This document shows positions 7,420 through 15,230 of a DNA stretch of 32,000 nt, in pieces (position 1 is the stretch's first letter; every line of letters begins with the position of its first letter). Position numbers and translations under genes: made by a program. Below the pieces are notes generated by a model. The model made no database searches. It saw only the letters and a program-made list of their open reading frames with translations, and was not told the origin of the DNA. Source of the stretch: Candidatus Paracaedimonas acanthamoebae (GTDB lineage: Bacteria > Pseudomonadota > Alphaproteobacteria > Caedimonadales > Caedimonadaceae); assembly GCA_000743035.1 (NCBI GenBank), contig CP008936.1:1650001-1682000 (forward strand). The letters run 5' to 3'.

Positions 7420-7664
7420 CAGTAAATTTCTTTAAATCCTTTTAGCCAGGCCCAATCTTCACAATATGTTAGAATTCTTGAGCCTAAACCTTCATTGCGC
7501 ATATTATTTACGACAACGATATATTTTATTTCACAATAGCTATCCTCAGGCACAAGAATCGCCATAGCTATTATTTTATTTTCTTTAATGGCTGTTATTT
7601 GTTTATAAGGCTTGTTCTTTGAACAGTTTTTTTGAATTTTTAATACTTGAACTTCGTTCGACAA
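7311..7664 (-). CDS. GNAT N-acetyltransferase, N-terminal part. It runs out of frame after residue ~90.
   Basis: The acetyl-CoA motif region reads IKYIVVVNNMRNEGLGSRILTYCEDWAWLKGFKEIYCCAVDSAL. After N90 the translation (FLIKIHIFLKVSLLKRMEFPLL) loses GNAT character, while the -1 frame continues the fold. Confidence 0.7.
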   Translation of the reverse strand: MSNEVQVLKIQKNCSKNKPYKQITAIKENKIIAMAILVPEDSYCEIKYIVVVNNMRNEGLGSRILTYCEDWAWLKGFKEIYCCAVDSALNFLIKIHIFLKVSLLKRMEFPLLKCVKA

Positions 7665-8257
7665 TTCTATCCACGCACATCTGTTTTATTATAGTTATTA
7701 TCTTCGTAGCTTGTGATTTTGAAGGAGATGTTATTCAATCTTAACATGATAAATTTTATGGAATAATAGATATTTTATTATTTTCTCTACAATTCCCAAT
7801 ACCTTGTCAACGACGATTTAAAATTGATACACCTCTGTTAAGAATTTTTAACTATTTTAATGGGTTATGATCTTGCATTTCCTTTTCTGATGTCAATTTG
7901 GTTGAGATGAGCCCTGCTTTTTCCTTTATCATCCCTGGTCTTCTACCGGGGATCTCAGAAAAACATGAAGATGCTGATAAGTGCTAAGAAACCTCAATTG
8001 GAAGAAGCGCGTGATTCATGCGCCTTCGCTTGAGTTAAAAGAAATTTGCTAAAAATTTAATAAAATTTTAACCTTTGATTCATGTTTTGTTAATCAATTC
8101 AAAAAATGAGATATAAGTTTTTTATCGCAAAAAATGATGTAAAAACGAATAAAATCAATAACTTTTCACTTGAAATTAAAATTTCATCTGTTATGCTAGT
8201 TTTTAGATAGGCATGCGGGGGATGCCTTAGCCTCACCAAAGATCCAAAGACGAGTTA

Positions 8258-8266
8258 GGGGGGGGG
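8258..8266 (+). repeat. G9 homopolymer tract in an AT-rich non-coding region.
   Basis: Read directly: gagttaGGGGGGGGGaacttc. Confidence 0.9.
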
Positions 8267-8624
8267 AACTTCAGATAATGATAATAATAAAGAGAACACA
8301 GGGAGAGCTAAAAGGTCACAGCATCACCCCCACTAAATTTTACAGTCTTTATTGCTTAAAAAGCTGCTGAAGGCTCAGGACTATTTGATGGTTACAGCAG
8401 AAGATGAGTATCAGGAAATCTTAGATGATTTTTGGGTACAGTCAGAAAATCTTTGGGAATCTGTTGGGACGCAGTTAATTGAAGCAATTAAAGCCCAAGA
8501 TGTAGTTTAGATTCTTGTCGTATGTGGCACTCATGATTATCTCAAATGCAAGTTCTTGATAGAACAAAATTATCTATTATTCTGAAGGGGTTGTAGAAGG
8601 CATTGTATAATTAAAATCGACCTT

Positions 8625-9047
8625 TTGAAAAACCATCCACAAGCTATACCAATGCTTGCAAATATTTGGCATGAAGTTTTAGGTAAAATCTGGATGCCAA
8701 AGATAGGAATTAAAGAAATTGAATCTTTGTATGATGGAGAGTTGAATCATGATATGCCTCTTACTTACATTGCGCTAGACGGTGAAATTCCTGTAGGTTC
8801 ATGCACATTGCAGCTAAATGAGGATATTCGGCCAGATTTAGGACTTTGGATTAGTGATTTGACCGTTGATCCAGAATATCAAAAACAGGGGATCGGCAAA
8901 ATGCTAGTTGATGTCACAGTCGAGAAAGCAAAAGAGCTTGGCTTTGAAAAGCTTTACTTATTTGCCTTTGATCCTACCATACCAGAGTATTATGGGCTCC
9001 TTGGATGGAGAAAATTGGGGAGGATAAATTTAAATCTCATCCTGTAA
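8625..9047 (+). CDS. GNAT family N-acetyltransferase, with a non-ATG start and a probable C-terminal frameshift.
   Basis: The motif A region is LWISDLTVDPEYQKQGIGKMLVDVTVEKAKELGFEKLYLF...YYGLLGW. TTG is the first canonical start. The frame is open back to the TGA at 8583-8585 with no ATG or GTG. Confidence 0.75.
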   Translation: MKNHPQAIPMLANIWHEVLGKIWMPKIGIKEIESLYDGELNHDMPLTYIALDGEIPVGSCTLQLNEDIRPDLGLWISDLTVDPEYQKQGIGKMLVDVTVEKAKELGFEKLYLFAFDPTIPEYYGLLGWRKLGRINLNLIL

Positions 9048-9214
9048 CAATGATGGAGATCGATTTATGCAGATAAAAATGCTAACATAAAAAAAATGGA
9101 ACCTTCAAAAATAGCTAACCGTAAGTTTTAACATGAATGGCCCCTCTATAAACGACTGATAAATTGTAAGTCTTTTCATAGCTGGCTTTAATTACATCTT
9201 ATTATGTAAATTCT

Positions 9215-9907
9215 CTAACTTGATTTTATCAAAGACCCATCCTTGGGAGAATAAATATAAGGGCCTTCAATGCGTTTACCTTTCTCATATACCATATAAG
9301 AAGCAACATTTCCGTTTTCAAAATACTTCGTCGAATTTCCTTGCAGAAGCCCTTGTTCATAAGCTTCTGTTTGTAAAAGATTCCCTGATGGGTAATAAGC
9401 CTTCATAATGCCGTGCTTAATGCCCTTTTCATAGGGAATAGTTGCCGTAATGTAACCTAAGGGATTGTAGGTGATCATTTCCCCATGCATTTTCCCTTCG
9501 ATATAAGGAACTTCATGTTGAAGAGCGCCCCCTTTCGTATAAAATTTCGCAACCCCATGAATCTTTCCTTTTCGATAGGGAATTTCTGCTGAAATTATTC
9601 CTTTCTCATAGGTTTCAGCTAATCCCTCCAAAAGTCCTTCTTTAAAGTGATATTTACGGTGCGGTTTCCCTTCTTTATCGTAAACAAGAGTGGGGCCTTC
9701 CCGTAAACCATTCGAGAAGGTCGCTCGTTTAGTAATATTTCCTTTATTATCATAATATTCAGCAACTCCATTTCGTTGCCCCTCTTTAAAAGGAATCCGT
9801 CTTAATAGCTTTCCTTTTGCCGTTTTCATCTCTTGAACACTATCAAGAATCTCTGCGGTTTTTTGGCTCGCCGGAAGTTGCATTTGTTGAAGTTGCGTGT
9901 TGCTCAT
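9215..9907 (-). CDS. MORN-variant (MORN_2) repeat protein, YwqK-like.
   Basis: About 7 tandem 23-24-aa repeats of the form Y..G.....(a)..Y..G..hG. Examples: GQRNGVAEYYDNKGNITKRATFSNGLREGPTLVYDKEGK..., YRKGKIHGVAKFYTKGGALQHEVPYIEGKMHGEMITYNPLG..., YEKGIKHGIMKAYYPSGNLL... It has no signal peptide. It starts 15 nt after the vgrG stop on the same strand. Confidence 0.8.
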   Translation of the reverse strand: MSNTQLQQMQLPASQKTAEILDSVQEMKTAKGKLLRRIPFKEGQRNGVAEYYDNKGNITKRATFSNGLREGPTLVYDKEGKPHRKYHFKEGLLEGLAETYEKGIISAEIPYRKGKIHGVAKFYTKGGALQHEVPYIEGKMHGEMITYNPLGYITATIPYEKGIKHGIMKAYYPSGNLLQTEAYEQGLLQGNSTKYFENGNVASYMVYEKGKRIEGPYIYSPKDGSLIKSS

Positions 9908-9922
9908 TTTCTTTCTCTATTT

Positions 9923-12900
9923 TTAAGCTAATGTAACTGCTGCGCCTGTTATCTGAGTACTGCCTTCTCCTCCTATGGTTGCTGTAGCCTCACCTGCAAC
10001 TGTGACAACGGCTCCTGACATTGTCACACCTGCAGTTCCTTCAAGCATAAGCTCAGTTTCAGCCACCACATTAACTTCAGAAGCGTTCAATGTTGTTTCG
10101 CCCGTCGATTCAAACGTGGTTGCTCCCTCACTGGTAAGGGTTAAGCCAGCTGCGGACATTGTCGTTTCTCCTTCTGCAGAGATCGTCATCGCGGCACCTG
10201 CATTTACTGTCATTTCAGTGCCAGACTCAAGCGTTGTTGCGGCTTCACTTTGAAAAGTTGCAGCGCCTGTGCTTTTAATAGTGACCGTGCCGCCTACAAT
10301 AATTTCAAAATTACCATCAATCTTAAGCGTATAGTTGCCTGTAATTGACTCTTCTACATCCCCTGCCACTTTAATTGTTTGGTTTGCTTGTAAAGTTACG
10401 GATTGGTCACCTTGAACCATAATTGCTTGTGTGCCTTGTTGAATAGAAATTTCTTGGTTACCTTCTTCAACAATTGTTGTGTAGTTGCTTTTAATTTTTT
10501 CAAAGAAAAGTCCTTCTTTCACAAGAAGAGTTGCATCCCCATTTGTTAGCTCTTTGTAATCATTCCCTTCTTTTAGAACAAGAGAGTGATCCCCTTTTGT
10601 CAGGTGAGTGGTGATATTCCCTTCACTTAAATGAGTGTGGATATTTCCTTTTTCAAGCGTAAGTGTTGCATCCCCTTTCTCAATAAAATGATCCGAATTT
10701 CCTTCTTTTTGTTGGATAAAATAATCCCCTTTGTTCAGAAGTTCTAAATTATTTCCTTCTTCAATCTCAAGATAACGATCACCCTGGTTGATAAGGATGT
10801 TATAGTTGGCATCTTCCTCGCTTTTAAGCTGCATTGTACGACTTCCTTTGAGAAGAGTAAGATTATCATCTCCTTTCCCTGCAGGAAGATCTTGGCCTTT
10901 TGGTGTCGTTTTAGAGACCGACTCATCTTCTCCGGCTAAAACAACTTCTCGATTCCCACGATCAATCCACCACCAATAGCTTCCTTTTTTAACCCAATCA
11001 TTAACCGTCTCATTCACTCGTATTGTTAAATCCTTTTGTGAATGAAAGAAGACCTCTTCTGATTCTTTTAAATCTTCAAATCTTAACTCATTAAAGCCTT
11101 CTGGTCCTTTCTTTGTTGACCGGCTCTTAATCGTACTCTTTGTGGGCTGTTCAGGAAGATATGGCGGCATGTTATCTGAATTATAAACAGTCCCAATCAC
11201 GAGAGGACGATCCGGATTCCCTTCAAGGAACGTTACAACAACTTCCATCCCAACCCGTGGTGTGAAAAGAATCCCCCAATTATTTCCTGCCCATCCCTCA
11301 GCCACCCGAACCCAACAAGAGCTATCTTGTTCATCTTTAATATTTCCATCCTCTTGAGCGTTGTGAGTTTCTGATGGATCTTGTTCGTTTTGTGTTTCTT
11401 TTTCTAGCTGGCTTCCTTTACCGACATCAGTCCCGTTCGATTGGATATCCCAATGAAATCGAACTTTAATGCGACCATATTGATCTGTCCAAATTTCTTC
11501 ATTTTTGGGTCCAGTAACACGAGCTGTTTGGGTTGAATAAATTTTAGGCTTGGGTGTCTTGATGCCAGTTTTATAAGCAATACTAAAAGGAAATGCCGTA
11601 AACTGATTGCGATAATGACTATCATGAACCCCTAGACCACCTGTTATATTGGCTTCATGAATCACAGTATGAAGAACATAAAGCTTATTAACATCTTTTC
11701 GAGTATGGCCTCGCATTTGAAACTTATAGCCAGGTGCAAAAAAGGGAATGGTTGATGTTGCATCAACTGATTTACTCGGTAATTCATCCGCTTGAATTCT
11801 CAATGTTGAAACTGTTTCTAGCTTAACTTGTTTGGGCAGGTCCTCATGATCAAAAAGCCCAGGATAAGAGTAAACCTTTCCCCCTAATCCAGTCCCATTT
11901 GATAAGCTCGAAATCTTGGTCGAAGCCGTCGTAAAATTGTAATCAACAAGAGAATGAGATTTGGGAACTACTCGCTCAAGAACTTTACAAGTGATCAGCT
12001 TATTGAAATAATCAACGCCTGCAACGGCTTTCTCAAATTCCGCTGTTTGAGCCCCTGGGCAATCCTCATGACTTGAAGGCGCTTCACCCAAAACTAAAGT
12101 ATGTTGCCCATGCTTGTGCTTAAAATAGTAAAAAATTCCTTCTTCTTCGAGAAGACGACTTATAAAATCAAAAGAGCTTTCATTATACTGAACGCAATAT
12201 TCACGTGGAGTGCGACCACAATCCTTCGTTTTGTCTTCGATTTCAAGGACACCATTTTCTCTCAAAACTTGTTTGATGATATCAATGGCTGATTGGTTTT
12301 GAAAAATACGACAATCTTGCGTGAATTTTAGCATCCAGAGTTGAGGATAAATCTTTGCTTCATAATAAGTAACATTGTCATCACTTTTACGCGCCGTGTG
12401 AAGCTGCGTAAATTGCCCAATAACACCATTAAAATAACGAATTGTTGGGCTCTCTTCCTGAGGAGAAGAATCTTCATCTGCTAGAAAATCTTGGTCTTGG
12501 TTAATTCCTCGTTCTTTAATATAGCGCTTTCCCTCCTCCGCAGTATCTTCTTCACGGTATTGCTTAGCCCCTTGCTGTCCATCTTTTCCCTGAGAAGCAT
12601 TGGTATGTTTTTCATGACAATCAATTGAAATTGTTACCGTTTTCCCAATCATATCAGCAAAATTAATCGCTGGGTCATCTGAAATCATAAGAACGGTATA
12701 CTCAAAAGGTTCTGAAATCGTTTCAATCCCCTGAAATTGTTGCAAGACGAGATGACGATTTCTATTGTCTGTGGTAGAAAAATCGCTTTGAGATAGAGAG
12801 GTGCGCCGGTCCATTTGCCGGCGTTCTACCGCTCCTTCGCGGGACTCACTATTTTTACGCTGATTTTCAAACCGCTTTTCTGTTTTTGAAGAAATGTCTG

Positions 12901-13012
12901 TCCTGCGATGAAGCGGTAGATTTTCTGGAAGACTTGATTCTTCTTCACCTTGATAATCAATATCAATTTTTAGCGAAATAGGTTTTTGACGTACAAGCGT
13001 TGTTGAAACCAT
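9923..13012 (-). CDS. vgrG: Type VI secretion spike protein VgrG (gp27-like + gp5 OB-fold + beta-helix), 1029 aa, with unusual insertions and a long C-terminal helix extension.
   Basis: - N-terminal VgrG signature: FQGIETISEPFEYTVLM.
- gp27 core: IRYFNGVIGQF...YYEAKIYPQLWMLKFTQDCRIFQNQSAIDII...FDFISRLLEEEGIFYYF.
- gp5 OB-fold: GRIKVRFHWD...SCWVRVAEGWAGNNWGILFTPRVGMEVVVTFLEGNPDRPLVIGTVYN.
- Then EGN/KGD octad-like beta-helix repeats.
- GGAGG lies 3-4 nt before the ATG at 13012. Confidence 0.9.
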   Translation of the reverse strand: MVSTTLVRQKPISLKIDIDYQGEEESSLPENLPLHRRTDISSKTEKRFENQRKNSESREGAVERRQMDRRTSLSQSDFSTTDNRNRHLVLQQFQGIETISEPFEYTVLMISDDPAINFADMIGKTVTISIDCHEKHTNASQGKDGQQGAKQYREEDTAEEGKRYIKERGINQDQDFLADEDSSPQEESPTIRYFNGVIGQFTQLHTARKSDDNVTYYEAKIYPQLWMLKFTQDCRIFQNQSAIDIIKQVLRENGVLEIEDKTKDCGRTPREYCVQYNESSFDFISRLLEEEGIFYYFKHKHGQHTLVLGEAPSSHEDCPGAQTAEFEKAVAGVDYFNKLITCKVLERVVPKSHSLVDYNFTTASTKISSLSNGTGLGGKVYSYPGLFDHEDLPKQVKLETVSTLRIQADELPSKSVDATSTIPFFAPGYKFQMRGHTRKDVNKLYVLHTVIHEANITGGLGVHDSHYRNQFTAFPFSIAYKTGIKTPKPKIYSTQTARVTGPKNEEIWTDQYGRIKVRFHWDIQSNGTDVGKGSQLEKETQNEQDPSETHNAQEDGNIKDEQDSSCWVRVAEGWAGNNWGILFTPRVGMEVVVTFLEGNPDRPLVIGTVYNSDNMPPYLPEQPTKSTIKSRSTKKGPEGFNELRFEDLKESEEVFFHSQKDLTIRVNETVNDWVKKGSYWWWIDRGNREVVLAGEDESVSKTTPKGQDLPAGKGDDNLTLLKGSRTMQLKSEEDANYNILINQGDRYLEIEEGNNLELLNKGDYFIQQKEGNSDHFIEKGDATLTLEKGNIHTHLSEGNITTHLTKGDHSLVLKEGNDYKELTNGDATLLVKEGLFFEKIKSNYTTIVEEGNQEISIQQGTQAIMVQGDQSVTLQANQTIKVAGDVEESITGNYTLKIDGNFEIIVGGTVTIKSTGAATFQSEAATTLESGTEMTVNAGAAMTISAEGETTMSAAGLTLTSEGATTFESTGETTLNASEVNVVAETELMLEGTAGVTMSGAVVTVAGEATATIGGEGSTQITGAAVTLA

Positions 13013-13098
13013 TTTCCTCCCCTAACAGATGAATCCCCTTAATCGATCAAGTTTAAAGAACTTTTAAGGCGACTTCAAGTTTTGCAGTGAGAATAAAT

Positions 13099-13434
13099 TT
13101 AAGAATTTCCGGGTTTTGGGCTAAAATGGTTGGGAAACTTATTGGGAACATCTTTCCACTCATCAGCATCACTTGGAGATTCTCCTTTAAGCGTGATACG
13201 GGGCCACTCAAGAGCATATTTTTGATTCATCTCAACCCAGAATTCAGACCCATCAACTGTATCTGCTTGAATCGCATCAATCGGGCATTCAGGGACACAC
13301 ACCCCGCAATCAATACATTCTTCAGGATTGATCACAAGCATGTTTTCGCCTTCATAAAAACAATTGACAGGGCAGACTTCAACGCAATCCATATACTTAC
13401 ATTTGATGCAAGCATCCTTAACAATATAAGTCAT
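13099..13434 (-). CDS. fdxA: 7Fe ferredoxin ([3Fe-4S][4Fe-4S], Azotobacter FdxA type).
   Basis: [55 protein letters not shown] carries the canonical Cys pattern CxxCxxxDCxxxCP...CxxCxxCxxxCP. Length is 111 aa. Confidence 0.9.
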   Translation of the reverse strand: MTYIVKDACIKCKYMDCVEVCPVNCFYEGENMLVINPEECIDCGVCVPECPIDAIQADTVDGSEFWVEMNQKYALEWPRITLKGESPSDADEWKDVPNKFPNHFSPKPGNS

Positions 13435-13447
13435 TTTTTCCTCCTGA

Positions 13448-14242
13448 TTATTGAGGGCTAGCCCTATATGCCATTTGGATAAGCCGCCGTGCGACTATAC
13501 GCATAGGATCAATAAAGTTTTCTCTCTCAGCATTCTCGAGATCTTCAAAAGCCAATGGGAATTCTGTGCACCCTAGAATAACTCTTTCAGCACCTTGATA
13601 TCTCAATGTATGCACATAATTTCTAAGAAGTTCTTTCGTACGCTCTGAAGCTTTTGAAAGTGCTTTCAAGCCATCGACAGGATTATAAATGGCATCATCA
13701 ACTTTTATCTGTTCTTCGTTTGCCACTTGGATTAGTTCTATGCCTTGTGCTTCAAGCGCTTGCGCGTAAATTAATGTTTTACGGGTTCCCGATGTCGATA
13801 ATAGCCCTACTTTTTTAATGTTGGGAAAAGTTTCAGCGATCCCCAAGACTGTTTCTTTTACAAAATCATAAAGAATAAACCATTCATCAAATTCTTCCTG
13901 TTTAATACGATTCATAAGATCATTAAATAAGATAGGTGCATGAAAAGTATTGCAGGGGACAACACTGATAATAGGCCGTTTGAATTGCTTTCCTACAGAA
14001 ACAGCACCTTTTACAATCTCAATCAGGACATCAACGGGATTTGGTTGATTTTGATCAAAAATATAAGTCGCACGATCTGGAATAATAGAAGGAAGCGCGA
14101 AATGCAAAACGTCACAATGATCTTGGTCTTGGCCTATGTGACGCAACTTTTTAGTTTCTTCAATAATGAGGCCATGCAAGATTCGGCCTGCCTCAGGTCC
14201 CATCCCTCCAATAATTCCAATAATTGCAGCTTTTTGTAACAT
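13448..14242 (-). CDS. Aspartate racemase family protein (Asp/Glu/hydantoin racemase).
   Basis: [10 protein letters not shown] near the N-terminus, plus VVPCNTFH and ILGCTEFPL (the two catalytic Cys blocks). I prefer the ATG at 14242, which has AAGGAA 9 nt upstream, over the TTG at 14281 given in the ORF track. Confidence 0.8.
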   Translation of the reverse strand: MLQKAAIIGIIGGMGPEAGRILHGLIIEETKKLRHIGQDQDHCDVLHFALPSIIPDRATYIFDQNQPNPVDVLIEIVKGAVSVGKQFKRPIISVVPCNTFHAPILFNDLMNRIKQEEFDEWFILYDFVKETVLGIAETFPNIKKVGLLSTSGTRKTLIYAQALEAQGIELIQVANEEQIKVDDAIYNPVDGLKALSKASERTKELLRNYVHTLRYQGAERVILGCTEFPLAFEDLENAERENFIDPMRIVARRLIQMAYRASPQ

Positions 14243-14341
14243 TATAGTGTTCCTTATCCCACTAATATCTCTTATAAACAATTTTTAGTAAGAGCCGATT
14301 TCCTTATACTGAAGCAAAGACGGCCTGTCGATCAAACTCTT

Positions 14342-15229
14342 ATGTTGGAGAGAGAAATGATGCAACAAATTACTTTTTATTCTGGTCTTTCTGACCTTCA
14401 AGATCGTTATGATTCTTTTATTGTTGATTTATGGGGAGTCATCCATGATGGAAGCCAGCTTTTTCCAAATGTTCTCGCTGCTTTAAAAAAACTTTCTGAG
14501 GCTCAAAAAGAAATCGTTTTTCTTTCAAACTCACCGCGCCGTTCTTCAATTTTAGCAAAAAACCTTCATGAATTACAGATTCCTGATACACTTTATAAAG
14601 CTCTTTATAGCTCTGGCGAAGATGCTTACAGAGCGTTAAAGATGCCTCGTAAAGCTCCCTACGATCATTTAGGTCTTAAGGCCTATGTTTTAAGCCAGCC
14701 AATGCATCAAGGCCTTTATTATGATCTTGACCTAGAAATCGTTGAAGCAATTGAAAATGCTGACTTTATCTTAAATACGGGACCACAAAATTTTAAGCCT
14801 GAAGAATATCAACAAATTCTGCATCAAGCCGTTACCCTCAAATTACCCATGGTTTGTGTTAATCCTGACATTTCTGTTGTGCACGGTGGGAAATTAATTT
14901 TGTGTGCAGGTGCCCTTGCTGAATATTATCAAAAAATTGGCGGAGAGGTTCGTTATCATGGAAAGCCTTATCCAAATGTTTATCAATCTGTGATCGAAAT
15001 GTTTACGGTAAAAGATTTAAAGCGAACGTTGGCAATTGGAGATTCTCTTATAACGGATATTAAAGGTGGTAATACTTTTGGGATTGATACAGCTTTAGTG
15101 ATGACAGGACTTTTTGAACAAGAGTTTGGGCGTGATTTCGATCCAGAATTAGACATGCCTAAACTAATAACCGCATGCCACCAAAAAGGCGTGCAACCTA
15201 CTTATCTATTCCCGCAATTTCAATGGTAA
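14342..15229 (+). CDS. HAD-superfamily hydrolase, subfamily IIA (TIGR01459-like).
   Basis: FIVDLWGVIHDG (the DxxG nucleophile block), FLSNSPR, YHGKPYP and AIGDSLITDIKGG are the HAD-IIA motifs I-IV. Confidence 0.8.
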   Translation: MLEREMMQQITFYSGLSDLQDRYDSFIVDLWGVIHDGSQLFPNVLAALKKLSEAQKEIVFLSNSPRRSSILAKNLHELQIPDTLYKALYSSGEDAYRALKMPRKAPYDHLGLKAYVLSQPMHQGLYYDLDLEIVEAIENADFILNTGPQNFKPEEYQQILHQAVTLKLPMVCVNPDISVVHGGKLILCAGALAEYYQKIGGEVRYHGKPYPNVYQSVIEMFTVKDLKRTLAIGDSLITDIKGGNTFGIDTALVMTGLFEQEFGRDFDPELDMPKLITACHQKGVQPTYLFPQFQW

Positions 15230-15230
15230 T

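Noticed and set aside
8337-8510. Short open frame (TTG at 8352 or ATG at 8388) encoding ...DYLMVTAEDEYQEILDDFWVQSENLWESVGTQLIEAIKAQDVV. It is faintly reminiscent of the C-terminal half of Phd/YefM antitoxins.
   Set aside because: The resemblance is weak, there is no N-terminal half, there is no adjacent toxin ORF, and it is below the size where I can judge coding potential by eye.
9975-10253. 92-aa plus-strand ORF, and other small ORFs (10744-10926, 11404-11625, 12101-12292) inside vgrG.
   Set aside because: They are shadow ORFs, either antisense or same-strand out-of-frame, lying within a gene with unambiguous VgrG homology. The 9975 ORF arises from the locally GC-rich Ala/Thr/Gly repeat region.
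13087-13461. 124-aa plus-strand ORF.
   Set aside because: It is entirely antisense to the clearly recognisable 7Fe ferredoxin gene.
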